DNA of 64,000 bases from positions 2,161-66,160 of the IMG/VR virus record IMGVR_UViG_3300010885_044304; one strand, 5' to 3'. A program made the translations under genes and the position numbers. Shown piece after piece: positions 48,956 to 59,788 of this stretch (the first letter of the stretch is position 1; every line of letters starts with the position of its first letter). Under the pieces are notes generated by a model, which made no database searches, was not told where the DNA came from, and worked only from the letters and a program-made list of their open reading frames with translations. The stretch comes from a virus (lineage: Duplodnaviria > Caudoviricetes).

Positions 48956-49767
48956 CAAAAGGTATCATAATTTATGCTTTTAACAACGAAAGCATAGATT
49001 ACTTTGGCCAAGCAGTATGGTGTGCAGATCGTGTGAATCGTTATTTGGATTTACCAGTCACCATAGTGACTGATTTAGGCAGCATCAGAGACAGAAAAAC
49101 CACACACTCGGTTGTGTTCTCTATAGCAGAATCTGGTGGCTATAGAGTTTTCAATCCAAGTGTGACCAATCAAGCAGACACATGGTACAACGGTAATAGA
49201 TTTCAAAGTTTTGAACTTTCGCCCTACGACCAAACAATAGTGCTTGATAGCGACTATGTGGTATGCAGCAATCAGCTACAGACCCTATTTGATTTGAATC
49301 TTCGGGTCACTGCCATGAAGCATGTGTATGACATCACTGGCCGCGATGGATTTAGACCCTATCAAAGTATATCAAATGCCACAGGACTACATCACTACTG
49401 GGCAACTGTGTTGTATTTTGATAGAAGCCAGACAGCCAAAGATTTCTTTGTGCTAATGGACATGATTAAAAAAAATTACACACACTATTCAAATATATAC
49501 AAATTTAGAACATCACCCTTTCGCAATGATTTTGCTGTAAGTATTGCTTTGAATACAATATACGGACACATACCCAACGCTGTACCGGTTATACCCTGGA
49601 AAATGGCCAATGTTTTCAATGACGTTGGAATTCGGACTCATGATCAAGAAACATTTGAACTTGCATACCAAGTAGGACCAGAAAAAACTTGGCGTAAAAT
49701 TACTGTCAAAGATCAAGATTTTCATTTTATGAATAAATTTGATTTGGCCAAGATATATGAAAATTGA
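48952..49767 (+). CDS. GT-A-fold glycosyltransferase-like protein
   Basis: SPYDQTIVLDSDY (DxD), WATVLYF, RNDFAVSIA, HFMNK. Confidence 0.6.
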   Translation: MTKGIIIYAFNNESIDYFGQAVWCADRVNRYLDLPVTIVTDLGSIRDRKTTHSVVFSIAESGGYRVFNPSVTNQADTWYNGNRFQSFELSPYDQTIVLDSDYVVCSNQLQTLFDLNLRVTAMKHVYDITGRDGFRPYQSISNATGLHHYWATVLYFDRSQTAKDFFVLMDMIKKNYTHYSNIYKFRTSPFRNDFAVSIALNTIYGHIPNAVPVIPWKMANVFNDVGIRTHDQETFELAYQVGPEKTWRKITVKDQDFHFMNKFDLAKIYEN

Positions 49768-50563
49768 AGATGAACGTGGCTATCTTGTGGTAGCGCAAAA
49801 TAACAATGACACTGATTATATTGTCTGCGCCGAAACTTTGGCAAAAAGTATTAAATTGGTTGAGCCTGACGCAAAAATTTGTCTACTCACAGATGTTTTG
49901 ATCGATAACAAAGTTTTTGACTATGTAAAAACTTTTCCGTTTGGTGATCAGGCCAAGGACACAACTTGGAAATTGCACAATGATTGGCAATGTTTTTATG
50001 CCAGCCCCTTCAGAGAAACAATTAAGTTAGAAGCTGACATGATTATCCCGCACAGTATTAAACATTGGTTTGATATTTGTAGCGCCAAAGATCTTGTGTG
50101 CACAATTGGTGCCAGGAATTTTCATAATCGTCGGTCCAGTTCCAGAACATATAGAAAGATTTTTGATGAAAACAATTTGCCTGATGTATATAATGCAATA
50201 ACTTATTGGAAACTGAGTGCCAATGCCAAGAATTTTTTTGACACAGTGCGCGATATATTTACAAACTGGGAAGTTGCAATGTCTGCATTAAAATTTGGAG
50301 CAGGACAGACATTAAATACTGATCTTGCTTATGCTATTGCTTTAGATTTATTGGGTAAAGACCAATTTACACTGCCAGGATCAGTGCCTGGTCTGATACA
50401 CATGAAGTCTTCTATCAATGGTAATGAATCAGAAGATTGGACCAAAGAATTGATATGGGAATTAAATCGTGGATCGTTGCGCATCAACACAGTTGAACAA
50501 TTGTGGCCATTTCATTATCATATAAAATCATTTGCAAAGACTTTACAAGAACACTATGGATGA
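49757..50563 (+). CDS. GT-A-fold glycosyltransferase-like protein, paralogue of the previous gene
   Basis: Y...A..LA.SIK, SPFRETIKLEADM, TDLAYAIA, HMK, FHYH.K. Confidence 0.6.
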   Translation: MKIEDERGYLVVAQNNNDTDYIVCAETLAKSIKLVEPDAKICLLTDVLIDNKVFDYVKTFPFGDQAKDTTWKLHNDWQCFYASPFRETIKLEADMIIPHSIKHWFDICSAKDLVCTIGARNFHNRRSSSRTYRKIFDENNLPDVYNAITYWKLSANAKNFFDTVRDIFTNWEVAMSALKFGAGQTLNTDLAYAIALDLLGKDQFTLPGSVPGLIHMKSSINGNESEDWTKELIWELNRGSLRINTVEQLWPFHYHIKSFAKTLQEHYG

Positions 50564-50885
50564 ATTTCTCAAAGCGTGGAACCAAATAAATTGGTCACGT
50601 CCTGTGATTGAATACAAGATATACTATGATACTGAATCAGGTAATATACTTGATTATACCACAGACAATTTACCAGGCACATATATAGTGATTGATAAAC
50701 ACACATTTTATTGCCATAGATTTGACATAAGAATTCGAGACGGAAAAATGATAGAAATTCGAAACAAAGTTGGAAAATTACGTCCAGATGTCAACGGAAC
50801 TCCGTGTCATCCCAGTGACATTACTATTATTACAGATAAAACACCAGCGGTATTTTGGAAGACTCACACATATGACAACATTTGA
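50556..50885 (+). CDS. Hypothetical protein (109 aa)
   Basis: Overlapping ORF within the operon, ATG 50556. Confidence 0.65.
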   Translation: MDEFLKAWNQINWSRPVIEYKIYYDTESGNILDYTTDNLPGTYIVIDKHTFYCHRFDIRIRDGKMIEIRNKVGKLRPDVNGTPCHPSDITIITDKTPAVFWKTHTYDNI

Positions 50886-51795
50886 TATAGCAGATTTAGA
50901 TACAATTTATTTGAGTTATGATGAATCACAAAAAGAAGAATTCTGGGTCAAGATCAAAAACATGGTGCCCTGGGCCAAGCGGGTGGACAGCGTCAAAGGC
51001 TCGGATGCAGCGCACAAAGCAGCAGCAGCGGCCAGCAATACCGAAAGATTTATTCTTATCGATGGTGATAATCTTCCTGATCCTGGTTTCTTTAATCTCC
51101 AGCTCACCCTGGATGATGGGAATAGGGATTGTGTTTTTCGCTGGCGTGCTCGCAACCATGTTAACGGACTAATGTACGGCAATGGTGGTATGAGTTGTTG
51201 GACCCGAGACTTTGCCAACAACATGCGTACACACGAAAACACAGACGGCAGAGATGAAACTAATGTAGAGTTTTGTTTTGATCCCAAGTATATTGCCATG
51301 CACGATTGCTATAGCACAACATACCCTAACGGATCCCCTTTTCAAGCCTGGCGAGCAGGCTTTAGAGAAGGCGTTAAGATGTGTTTGAATCAAGGACGCC
51401 GGCCCAGTGTAAGCGAGTTTAAAGAACTTGTACATCGCCGCAACTTGGATCACTTGACTATATGGCACAATGTAGGCGCAGATGTAGAGAATGGCATGTG
51501 GGCGGTATTTGGTTCTAGACTAGGAACATACAAGACCATGCTAACAGATTGGGATTACACAGAAGTACAGGACTTTGATAAGTTAGCAGAACTCTGGGAA
51601 GAACATGGTGATACAGGTCCTACATGGCGAGCAGAAGAACTTGAAAAATCATTGCGAATACAACTTGACTTGCCTATGAATCTTTTTACACAAGAACAAA
51701 GTCGTTTCTTCAAGCACCACTATCGTAGCAATTGGCACAATCGTGGTATTATGACAACAGAGATGGCAGTGATACGTGGCCAAGAAGGCTGGTGA
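50872..51795 (+). CDS. Glycosyltransferase-like protein (GT-A, DGD motif)
   Basis: YLSYDE, RVD.VKG..AAH, FILIDGDN, NGLMYGNGG, AWRAGFREGVK. Confidence 0.6.
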   Translation: MTTFDIADLDTIYLSYDESQKEEFWVKIKNMVPWAKRVDSVKGSDAAHKAAAAASNTERFILIDGDNLPDPGFFNLQLTLDDGNRDCVFRWRARNHVNGLMYGNGGMSCWTRDFANNMRTHENTDGRDETNVEFCFDPKYIAMHDCYSTTYPNGSPFQAWRAGFREGVKMCLNQGRRPSVSEFKELVHRRNLDHLTIWHNVGADVENGMWAVFGSRLGTYKTMLTDWDYTEVQDFDKLAELWEEHGDTGPTWRAEELEKSLRIQLDLPMNLFTQEQSRFFKHHYRSNWHNRGIMTTEMAVIRGQEGW

Positions 51796-51796
51796 C

Positions 51797-52441
51797 ATGA
51801 TTGATTATAATAGGCCCTGGCATGTATTAGATATTGATATTTCTAATGCTGTTCGTACTGATTTAGATTTTGATCAATTGCTTGAGAAATCAGGAGCTGT
51901 TGATAAATCAATATTTTTGTGGAATTTCACCGACGAGTCGTTGACTGAACTTTTTGATCCGCAATGGCTGGTATATATTAAGTCATTGGGATTTGAAATT
52001 CGCAACACATTATTATTTTATCGAGCACCTGACTATATTCATCCATTGGCGCATATTGATTATGTAGGAACTGCAAACCCGGTACCTGCTGTCTATGCAT
52101 TAAATTTTGTAATTGACACAGAAGACGATAGTAGCATGGTCTGGTTCCGTCATAATAAGAAATCTGGGATGATGAAAACAGATGCTGACTTTAGCAATCC
52201 ACAGAACCATTATGAATTTTGGCCAATGGATCAATTAGTTGGATGTGAAATTGATCGTAGGTGTATCGGCCAACAATTAACTCTAATTAGCACTGGTACT
52301 GCACACAATATTATCATGGGTAAAAAACCTCGCTGGGCCGTAAGTATCCGATTGGTACGTAATAACCAGATAAACAACTGGGCAGATGCAGTAAATTGTT
52401 TCTCTCCTTGGATTAAACAAAAAGGAAAAATTGATGATTGA
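51797..52441 (+). CDS. Cupin / 2OG-Fe(II) oxygenase-like protein
   Basis: HID...HNI...RW.VSIR (HxD...H...R pattern). Confidence 0.55.
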   Translation: MIDYNRPWHVLDIDISNAVRTDLDFDQLLEKSGAVDKSIFLWNFTDESLTELFDPQWLVYIKSLGFEIRNTLLFYRAPDYIHPLAHIDYVGTANPVPAVYALNFVIDTEDDSSMVWFRHNKKSGMMKTDADFSNPQNHYEFWPMDQLVGCEIDRRCIGQQLTLISTGTAHNIIMGKKPRWAVSIRLVRNNQINNWADAVNCFSPWIKQKGKIDD

Positions 52442-53060
52442 TTATAATAAGCCGTGGCATACTTTAAATATCAGTATGGATAATGCACTGAATCCTAATT
52501 TTGATGCTGAAAAATTTAGAGCACAAACTGATCAAGCTGGTAAACCGCTTGGCATATGGTCTTTCCGTGACACGGAAATGCTACAAATTCTCAACAAAGA
52601 GTGGCTTGACTATTTGGCTAATGAAGGAATCGAAGTAAATTCTTTTATGATATTTTATAGAGATGCTCATTTAGTATATCCAGAAGCACATGTAGATATT
52701 TTATGGCACAGCGACCTTCCGAATATTTTTGGAATCAATTGGGTATTTTCCCCAAACGACGATAGTTATATGACCTGGTATGATGTGCCATACGAATCTG
52801 GGACGTCAGAATTAACTCCTGTTAATACCAAATATGTATACTGGAAGCTTGAAGATGTCAAAGATAAAGAATTGGCAAGACATACCATTGGCAACAAATT
52901 GACCATGGTCAGAACTGGTATAGCACACAATGTCATTGTCAATACACAACCACGGTGGGTCATCAGTCTTAGATCCAAAGTTGTCGGCAACCCAAATTAT
53001 ACTGACTGGAATAGTGCAGTTGATTATTATGCGAAAACTCTCAATCTAATTGAATCATGA
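52434..53060 (+). CDS. Cupin / 2OG-Fe(II) oxygenase-like protein, tandem paralogue
   Basis: HVD...HNV...RW.ISLR; both paralogues begin MIDYN(R/K)PWH. Confidence 0.55.
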   Translation: MIDYNKPWHTLNISMDNALNPNFDAEKFRAQTDQAGKPLGIWSFRDTEMLQILNKEWLDYLANEGIEVNSFMIFYRDAHLVYPEAHVDILWHSDLPNIFGINWVFSPNDDSYMTWYDVPYESGTSELTPVNTKYVYWKLEDVKDKELARHTIGNKLTMVRTGIAHNVIVNTQPRWVISLRSKVVGNPNYTDWNSAVDYYAKTLNLIES

Positions 53061-53704
53061 TACTGGCCAATAGGGATACAATCAGACTTATCGGTTTCTT
53101 AGAGTCAACTATAACACAAGAAGCTAAATTTTTTATATCTGCTGAGTTTACTGGTAAGATTGAAATTATATCTCCTCAAGACTTTATAAAGTCAGATCAT
53201 AAAGATGAGTATTCTTATCTTATAGCATTTACTTTAGACGAAACATTGCGTCGTCAAATTATCAACATCATTGATAAAGAAAATTTGGATTGCATCATTT
53301 ATATTCACCCTAGTGTAGTTCGATATTATAATGATGCGTCTGTAAGAGAACATGTAGGAATTGGAAGTTTTATATTAGCGTTTTCATCAATGCTAATAGG
53401 TTCAAAACTTGGTAAACATTGTATCGTTGAAACATATTGTCTGATATCACATTATGTTAATATAGATGATAATGTACAGTTACACAGTGGAGTTATGATC
53501 GCCGGAAGGACTAATATAGGAAAAAATTGTATGTTTAATTTTAAAGCATCTGTTCTTAATTCCTTAAATATTGGCAGCGATGTTGAATTAGGCGCAGCAA
53601 GTTGTATTACAAAAGACACACTAATGCCAGGAAAATACGTTGGATCTCCCGCCAGGCGAATTGGTGACCGAACAAAATTTATTGAGACATTGAAACATGC
53701 ATAA
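53057..53704 (+). CDS. Hexapeptide-repeat sugar acetyltransferase (NeuD/PglD-like)
   Basis: IHPSV, left-handed beta-helix repeats, ISHYVNI, GA.S.ITKD....YVGSPAR. Confidence 0.8.
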   Translation: MILANRDTIRLIGFLESTITQEAKFFISAEFTGKIEIISPQDFIKSDHKDEYSYLIAFTLDETLRRQIINIIDKENLDCIIYIHPSVVRYYNDASVREHVGIGSFILAFSSMLIGSKLGKHCIVETYCLISHYVNIDDNVQLHSGVMIAGRTNIGKNCMFNFKASVLNSLNIGSDVELGAASCITKDTLMPGKYVGSPARRIGDRTKFIETLKHA

Positions 53705-54383
53705 AATTTGGCCATTGGGACAAGTCCTAGGAGATTTACAACGTCCAGAACTGTCGCTATTAAAAAAATCCGGATATTCCTGGAAGGATCCTTACGACAT
53801 AGTAGATATGTTCGAAGAAAAAGTTGCTAAATTTGCTGGCGCAAAATTTGGAATCGCAATTGATTGCTGTAGCCATGGACTGTTTCTTTGTTTAAAATAT
53901 TTCAATGCCACAGGGTCTATCACCATTCCCAGTCGCACTTATGTTTCTGTCCCTATGCAGATACAGCATGCCGGATGCGTACCAAAATTAGTAGATATGA
54001 AATGGACTGGACGTTATCGTTTGGATCCATATCCAATATGGGACGGTGCAGTACGCTGGCAAGAAAATATGTATACTGATGGATTACATGTAGTATCTTT
54101 TCAAATTAAAAAACGTATTCCTATTGGTCGCGGAGGAATGATTTTGACTAACGACGAGGATGCAGCTAAATGGCTACGCAAGGCAAGACATGACGGTAGA
54201 GATCTAAAAATCTCCTATGCTGCTGATGATTTTGCATTCTCCGGTTGGCACTATTACATGACTCCAGAGGATGCCGCTCGAGGAATATTGTTAATGGATG
54301 CCATTCCGGGCAGCTATCCGGATTCCGGCAATCACCAAACATATATAGATTTGTCAGCAAAACGTATATTAAATGATAATTGA
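53697..54383 (+). CDS. Short DegT/DnrJ/EryC1/StrS-family PLP aminotransferase
   Basis: FEEKVAKFAG, P..TYVSVP, DGA, SFQIKK.IPIGRGGMILTND (PLP-lysine motif); only 228 aa. Confidence 0.8.
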   Translation: MHKIWPLGQVLGDLQRPELSLLKKSGYSWKDPYDIVDMFEEKVAKFAGAKFGIAIDCCSHGLFLCLKYFNATGSITIPSRTYVSVPMQIQHAGCVPKLVDMKWTGRYRLDPYPIWDGAVRWQENMYTDGLHVVSFQIKKRIPIGRGGMILTNDEDAAKWLRKARHDGRDLKISYAADDFAFSGWHYYMTPEDAARGILLMDAIPGSYPDSGNHQTYIDLSAKRILNDN

Positions 54384-55428
54384 TATTCAACGTTATTGGG
54401 GCGAGAGGGAAATTTACTACCCGGGAGAGCTAAGTTCTAAAATTATACACAGTATGCAAACGGACGGTTGGGTAGTATTACGATCTAAAGAAATACGCGG
54501 CGCCGAACTTAGTGGGCTTTACTCTTTTCTGGACCAGTTGCGAAGTTACTGGAAATGGGATATTAACAATATTACCTTAGAAACTGGCAATTTGTACGAT
54601 GTATTTTTAAATCAATCACGTTATCCTGTTAGGTTATCTCTATTGTCAGAACCTCTGATTAATACCTGTACTGACATAATCGAACATCGTCCGTGGAATA
54701 AAGAAAAAACTTACGGTATGTTTATCGGCCGGGCTAATGTAACACGTATTCGTGCTGCACATAGGCATAAGAATTTTGAGTTTCGCGAGCAAGGGTTAAC
54801 TAGTTTTAACCACGATATGGATTATTATACTGATCCATATTATTTGTTAGAATATTTGCAGCAGACTAATCAACCAATCTCGGAAATTAATGATATCAGA
54901 CCTTACAGCGACATTGGTCCAGTGCAAACACCTCCCATCACTCATCAATTTTCGGGCAAGGAGTGGAATAAAGTTTATGAAAAAATTGCTATAGAAATAG
55001 TATTAGAAACAGCCGAAGACGAGGGAGTATTTTCTATGACAGAAAAAATTCTAAGACCAATACTTTATAAAAGGCCATTTTTGTTAATTGCAGGCCGCGG
55101 AGTTATTAATGATATCTGGAAAAAATTTGATAGTTTTTCTAAAGAAACAAAATTTGCTCCGCCTGGCACTTTAAAATTTTTCGAAAATGTAATTCCGATT
55201 GAATACGATTCTGATGGCGGAATACACAGAGTTGATTATGCATTTGATATATTACACATGCTAATTAGAACTAAAAAAATCAATACTATATTAGAAGACT
55301 GTCATGCCGATATCGAACACAATTATCAATATATGATGCAGTACATTCAAAATATCAAAGAATATAAAACACAATATAAACAAATGCTCGATCTTCCCAG
55401 TTGGAGAAAACCACAATTCGATGAATAA
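54373..55428 (+). CDS. Hypothetical protein with a glycosyltransferase-like (GT10-type) C-terminal motif
   Basis: EIVLET.....MTEKILRPILYKRPFL motif shared with 57746-58867. Confidence 0.5.
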   Translation: MIIDIQRYWGEREIYYPGELSSKIIHSMQTDGWVVLRSKEIRGAELSGLYSFLDQLRSYWKWDINNITLETGNLYDVFLNQSRYPVRLSLLSEPLINTCTDIIEHRPWNKEKTYGMFIGRANVTRIRAAHRHKNFEFREQGLTSFNHDMDYYTDPYYLLEYLQQTNQPISEINDIRPYSDIGPVQTPPITHQFSGKEWNKVYEKIAIEIVLETAEDEGVFSMTEKILRPILYKRPFLLIAGRGVINDIWKKFDSFSKETKFAPPGTLKFFENVIPIEYDSDGGIHRVDYAFDILHMLIRTKKINTILEDCHADIEHNYQYMMQYIQNIKEYKTQYKQMLDLPSWRKPQFDE

Positions 55429-56812
55429 CAATAACTCAGATAATAAAAGCAATTTTATGAGTGCAGCAGAAGACATGAAGGACAAGTTAGGTCCTGCACT
55501 GTGCTTGGCTAAATGGCAACAAGTAAGTTTACACTTGCCAACTGGTCTTAACAACAGTTGCTATCATCCGCCTTTGCATGCTATAGATGCTACTGTGTTA
55601 AAAGATAATCCAGGCGCATTGCATAACACAGCACACAAGAAGCAACAGCGTGTTATGATGTTAAAAAATGAAAAACCATCTGAATGTAGCTACTGTTGGA
55701 ATATTGAAAAACACGGCGAACTGAGCGATAGACATTACAGATCAGGTGAGCCTTGGGCAGCAGAATTATACGACTTGATTAAAAACAGTACCGGAGATGA
55801 AGACGTTGTACCTAGTTATGTTGAAGTTAATTTTAATCACGCTTGTAATCTTAAATGTAGTTATTGTAGTCCACAATTCAGCAGCTCGTGGCAACAAGAA
55901 GTTGACCGCTGGGGTGGTTATCCTACTAGCACTACTCACAATGATCCTGGCCACTTTACTGGCCGTAATAGACCAATTCCTGCTAGAGATGATAATCCAT
56001 ACGTTGACGCCTTCTGGGCCTGGTGGCCCACGCTTTATCCCCGCTTAAAACATTTTCGTATGACCGGCGGCGAGCCATTGATGGACAAGAACACATACAA
56101 GGTATTTGACTATGTGCTAGCATTACCTAAACCCGATTTGCATTTGAATGTGACCAGTAACTTTAGTGTAGAGCCTGAGTTGTTTGAAAAGTACTTGGGT
56201 TATGTAAAACAGTTATGCAGCACCAATATCGAACACTTTATGCAGTACGTTAGTCTGGATACCGGAAACACTTCACAGGCTGAATATATTCGATCTGGCC
56301 TCTGTGGAACACGGTTACAAAACTATGTATACCGTTACTTGGAAGAAGTACCATATCGCAACAGCCTAACGTTTATTATTACAATGAACAATTTAAGTGT
56401 AACAGGAATACAATCATTACTATCATACATTTTAAACCTACGTGAGCATCATAGCTCGACATACCAGCGTGTTTGGTTTGACACTCCATTGCTGAGACAA
56501 CCTGCTTGGCAAAGTCTGCAGATACTGCCACCTGCGTATGCAGACAAGCTAGAAGCAGTTGCAGACTGGATGGAACAGCATATGGAAACACCGGCGCGTC
56601 CCTTTAAGGGATTCAAAGACTACGAAGTACAGCGGATGCGACGTGACATTGCATGGATGAGAGAAGGCACTGATAACTTAGAACAAAAGAAGGCAGACTT
56701 CTATCGTTTCTTTAGCGAGCATGATCGTCGCCGTGGAACAGACTTTTTAAAAACATTCCCAGAAATGAAAACATTTTGGCAGGAGTGCGAATATCATGCA
56801 CATAATTCTTAA
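55421..56812 (+). CDS. Twitch-domain radical SAM protein
   Basis: N-terminal CLAKW..SCYH..CSYCW; CNLKCSYC; TGGEPL. Confidence 0.88.
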   Translation: MNNNNSDNKSNFMSAAEDMKDKLGPALCLAKWQQVSLHLPTGLNNSCYHPPLHAIDATVLKDNPGALHNTAHKKQQRVMMLKNEKPSECSYCWNIEKHGELSDRHYRSGEPWAAELYDLIKNSTGDEDVVPSYVEVNFNHACNLKCSYCSPQFSSSWQQEVDRWGGYPTSTTHNDPGHFTGRNRPIPARDDNPYVDAFWAWWPTLYPRLKHFRMTGGEPLMDKNTYKVFDYVLALPKPDLHLNVTSNFSVEPELFEKYLGYVKQLCSTNIEHFMQYVSLDTGNTSQAEYIRSGLCGTRLQNYVYRYLEEVPYRNSLTFIITMNNLSVTGIQSLLSYILNLREHHSSTYQRVWFDTPLLRQPAWQSLQILPPAYADKLEAVADWMEQHMETPARPFKGFKDYEVQRMRRDIAWMREGTDNLEQKKADFYRFFSEHDRRRGTDFLKTFPEMKTFWQECEYHAHNS

Positions 56813-57752
56813 TAATGATTCATTATTAGATTATTTTCCAGGAGTAAAAAACAAAGATTTATTGTTGTTCCACCATAGTAGTGTACCTGGTAATTTTACT
56901 GTATTTGACCCTTATACATTTTTAAATCGTGATTCTGATATGTTACTGGTAACTTCAGGAGACAGTTGGACCTGGGGTATGGATCTTGCAGGACATAGCG
57001 ACCTTGATCAATTTGACGTTAACGATTGGGAAATAACCAATGGAATTATTTCAAATATTAATAACGACAGATTAACAAAAGTATTTGGTAATCTAGTAAG
57101 CAAAACAATTAATAGTGACTGGTTAAATTTGTCAATACCTGGGCACGGTAATTTTCACATGGCTGAATTAATTAATCATCTAGCAAATTTAATTCCAAAA
57201 TTGCACTACAAAAAGATTTATGTTGTTTGCACACTAACTGAAGTGGGACGTTGGTTTAATACCGAAGATGATTTATTTTTAGATCATAATAAACTAATGG
57301 ATCTAGTAGAATCTACCGGTAATGTAAATGATTTACTGGCTGAGTTAAATCGATTAGCGTTGAATCAGATTATTAACAACGTTGGTAAGTTTGATCATGT
57401 TACATTGCTAGTAGGCACTAATTTTGTCGATCCTGTGGGATTTGAAAATTTAAAACCAGTTCAAATTTTAAAAACTCCTTGGTATCAATTATTAGACATT
57501 TCTTATGACCATCCATTTTACATGTCGTACGGTTTGGGATTATCTAACTTTATAAGAGCTGTTGATGACGGTATGGTCCCAAAAAAATTACAATCTATCT
57601 TTAAAAAGTGGATAATGGATTCATTGCTGCAATGCGACCAGTTTGACAAACAGATCAGAGATTCAATATATTTTTCAAACAACAGTCATCATCCTATCGC
57701 AGCTGGACATACAATCTGGGCTGATTATGTTACTGGGCATATAATATGCTGA
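56796..57752 (+). CDS. SGNH/GDSL-hydrolase-like protein
   Basis: TSGDSWTWG, NLSIPGHGN and C-terminal HHP...GH.IWA. Confidence 0.65.
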   Translation: MHIILNNDSLLDYFPGVKNKDLLLFHHSSVPGNFTVFDPYTFLNRDSDMLLVTSGDSWTWGMDLAGHSDLDQFDVNDWEITNGIISNINNDRLTKVFGNLVSKTINSDWLNLSIPGHGNFHMAELINHLANLIPKLHYKKIYVVCTLTEVGRWFNTEDDLFLDHNKLMDLVESTGNVNDLLAELNRLALNQIINNVGKFDHVTLLVGTNFVDPVGFENLKPVQILKTPWYQLLDISYDHPFYMSYGLGLSNFIRAVDDGMVPKKLQSIFKKWIMDSLLQCDQFDKQIRDSIYFSNNSHHPIAAGHTIWADYVTGHIIC

Positions 57753-58867
57753 TTTATATTGACGAACGCTGCGAAGTTCATGATTTATTACTGCCAATTG
57801 CGTCTGGTGATTTTGTTGATTTTGAGTCTACAACAATTGTGCCCGGTGCTGTATATGTAATTGGGCGTGACACAATGGTGCGATCAAGTGTTAAAATACG
57901 CAACACAGTTGAAACAAACGTGGCACACATAGTATTTTCAAATCCAGCCGAAGGCGCCACTACTATGCTGGGGCAATTTGAAAGATTCCCTACAAGAGAT
58001 TTAATAGAATCTGGAAAAATTTTAGTGTTAACTGGTGGTGATCTTCCAGATAATTATCGTTATTTTCAGTTTGAAAATTTCTGTCAACGCATGACAAATT
58101 TTGAAGAAAATATTTCATGCATGTCTCGCACTGATGAAATATACAACAAGATTCAAAAACCCTATACCTTTTTATTTTTAAATGGACGTATGCGACCGCA
58201 TCGTAAATGGTTATTACTTAAACTAGCTGATTTAAATCTGTTGGATCGCAGTTTGTACACCAACTTAGATAACAAAAATGCCCCCAACAGAGAACTAACA
58301 TACACAGTAGAAGGTCAGGATCTCATGGCACGGGCAGAACCATTGCAATATTTGCCCAGCCATTACGAAGTAGATCTTTACAAGGATTATATTGGTAAAC
58401 ACAGCAATGAAACCAATGTTAAAATGACTCTGTTTAACAACGAGTGGGGCGAAGCATACATCAAACCTGATCCTTACATTGACACTTATTTTAGTTTAGT
58501 AACCGAAACTGTATTTTCTGGTACAAATAGTTTCAGGACAGAAAAGATTTGGAAACCCATTATGATGGGCCATCCGTGGGTAGCAGTTGCTAATAAAGGT
58601 TTTTATCAAGACTTACACAACATGGGCTTTCGGACTTTTGGCAATATAATAGACGAAAGTTTTGATCAAATTGATAATCCGCAAGATCGAATTGAACGTA
58701 TTAGTCAAGTGGTAAAGAACCTATGTACTAGCAATTTAATACAATTTATGTTACAATGTAAAGATACCTGTAAATATAACCAGCAGGTAATGCTTGATTA
58801 TCAAGAACGTCTGGTATCAAAATTCCCTCAGCAGTTTGTTGACTTTTTAAGAGAACAAACCCAATGA
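57746..58867 (+). CDS. Hypothetical protein with a glycosyltransferase-like (GT10-type) C-terminal motif
   Basis: FLFLNGR.RPHR, FSLVTET...RTEKIWKPI..GHPW, L...GFRTF...IDESFD. Confidence 0.55.
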   Translation: MLIYIDERCEVHDLLLPIASGDFVDFESTTIVPGAVYVIGRDTMVRSSVKIRNTVETNVAHIVFSNPAEGATTMLGQFERFPTRDLIESGKILVLTGGDLPDNYRYFQFENFCQRMTNFEENISCMSRTDEIYNKIQKPYTFLFLNGRMRPHRKWLLLKLADLNLLDRSLYTNLDNKNAPNRELTYTVEGQDLMARAEPLQYLPSHYEVDLYKDYIGKHSNETNVKMTLFNNEWGEAYIKPDPYIDTYFSLVTETVFSGTNSFRTEKIWKPIMMGHPWVAVANKGFYQDLHNMGFRTFGNIIDESFDQIDNPQDRIERISQVVKNLCTSNLIQFMLQCKDTCKYNQQVMLDYQERLVSKFPQQFVDFLREQTQ

Positions 58868-58894
58868 AGCATTTAAAACTTCTGGATACATAAT

Positions 58895-59788
58895 ATGAAC
58901 AAAGATTTTATACACATGGGGGTAGTTGAATTTTACATTACAAATGTGTGTAATCTCACGTGCCAGGGTTGTAATAGATTTAACAATTATAAATTTAGCG
59001 GATTTCAAAAGTGGACAGATCTCGAATCTGTTTATACCAAATGGGCAGAACAGCTAAGACTTACAGGTATTGGAATATTAGGTGGCGAACCTTTATTGAA
59101 TCCTGAGTATATGCTTTGGTTGCAGGGCCTGCGTAATCTTTGGCCTAATTCCACTATTACAACCACTACCAATGGATATCGTCTTAATCAGGTTAAAGGT
59201 TTATATGATTATATGCTGGCCCATAAAACAAATACATTTTTATCTGTGGGTATACATAACAAAAAAAGCAAATCTTTAATAATGGATAATATTGAAAAGT
59301 TTTTAACAGGACCCATCCACTATGAATTTGATTCTAAAAACCAGTATCGTGTGCATATGATATTAACAGACGCTAACGGTGTCCAACTCAAAGTTGAGCA
59401 TAATTGGTGGTTCCATCAAGGTGCATTAGTTAAAGATTCTGAAACAGGAAAGTTTAGTCTACATCAAAGCGATCCTGCTAAAGCACACGATATTTGTCAT
59501 AGTAAATATTGCCACCATTTTATGGACGGAAAATTATACAAGTGCGGAGCAGTTGCGTTATTTCCAGAATTTGATACACAACATAATCTGCAATTGACTG
59601 CCGAGGATCGCGAATTAATGAATTCCTACAGTCCATTGACCGCTGCGGATAGCATTGAAACAAAACGAGAATTTATAAAAAATCTTCCTAATAGTATACC
59701 GCAATGTAAATTTTGTCCGGAACAGTATCATGGAGATCAAATTTTTGCAGAAGAAAAACGAGTAGTCTTTAAAAGAAACATTCAATGA
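58895..59788 (+). CDS. Radical SAM protein
   Basis: CNLTCQGC, LGGEPLL, TTNG, GKLYKC, CKFCP. Confidence 0.85.
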   Translation: MNKDFIHMGVVEFYITNVCNLTCQGCNRFNNYKFSGFQKWTDLESVYTKWAEQLRLTGIGILGGEPLLNPEYMLWLQGLRNLWPNSTITTTTNGYRLNQVKGLYDYMLAHKTNTFLSVGIHNKKSKSLIMDNIEKFLTGPIHYEFDSKNQYRVHMILTDANGVQLKVEHNWWFHQGALVKDSETGKFSLHQSDPAKAHDICHSKYCHHFMDGKLYKCGAVALFPEFDTQHNLQLTAEDRELMNSYSPLTAADSIETKREFIKNLPNSIPQCKFCPEQYHGDQIFAEEKRVVFKRNIQ

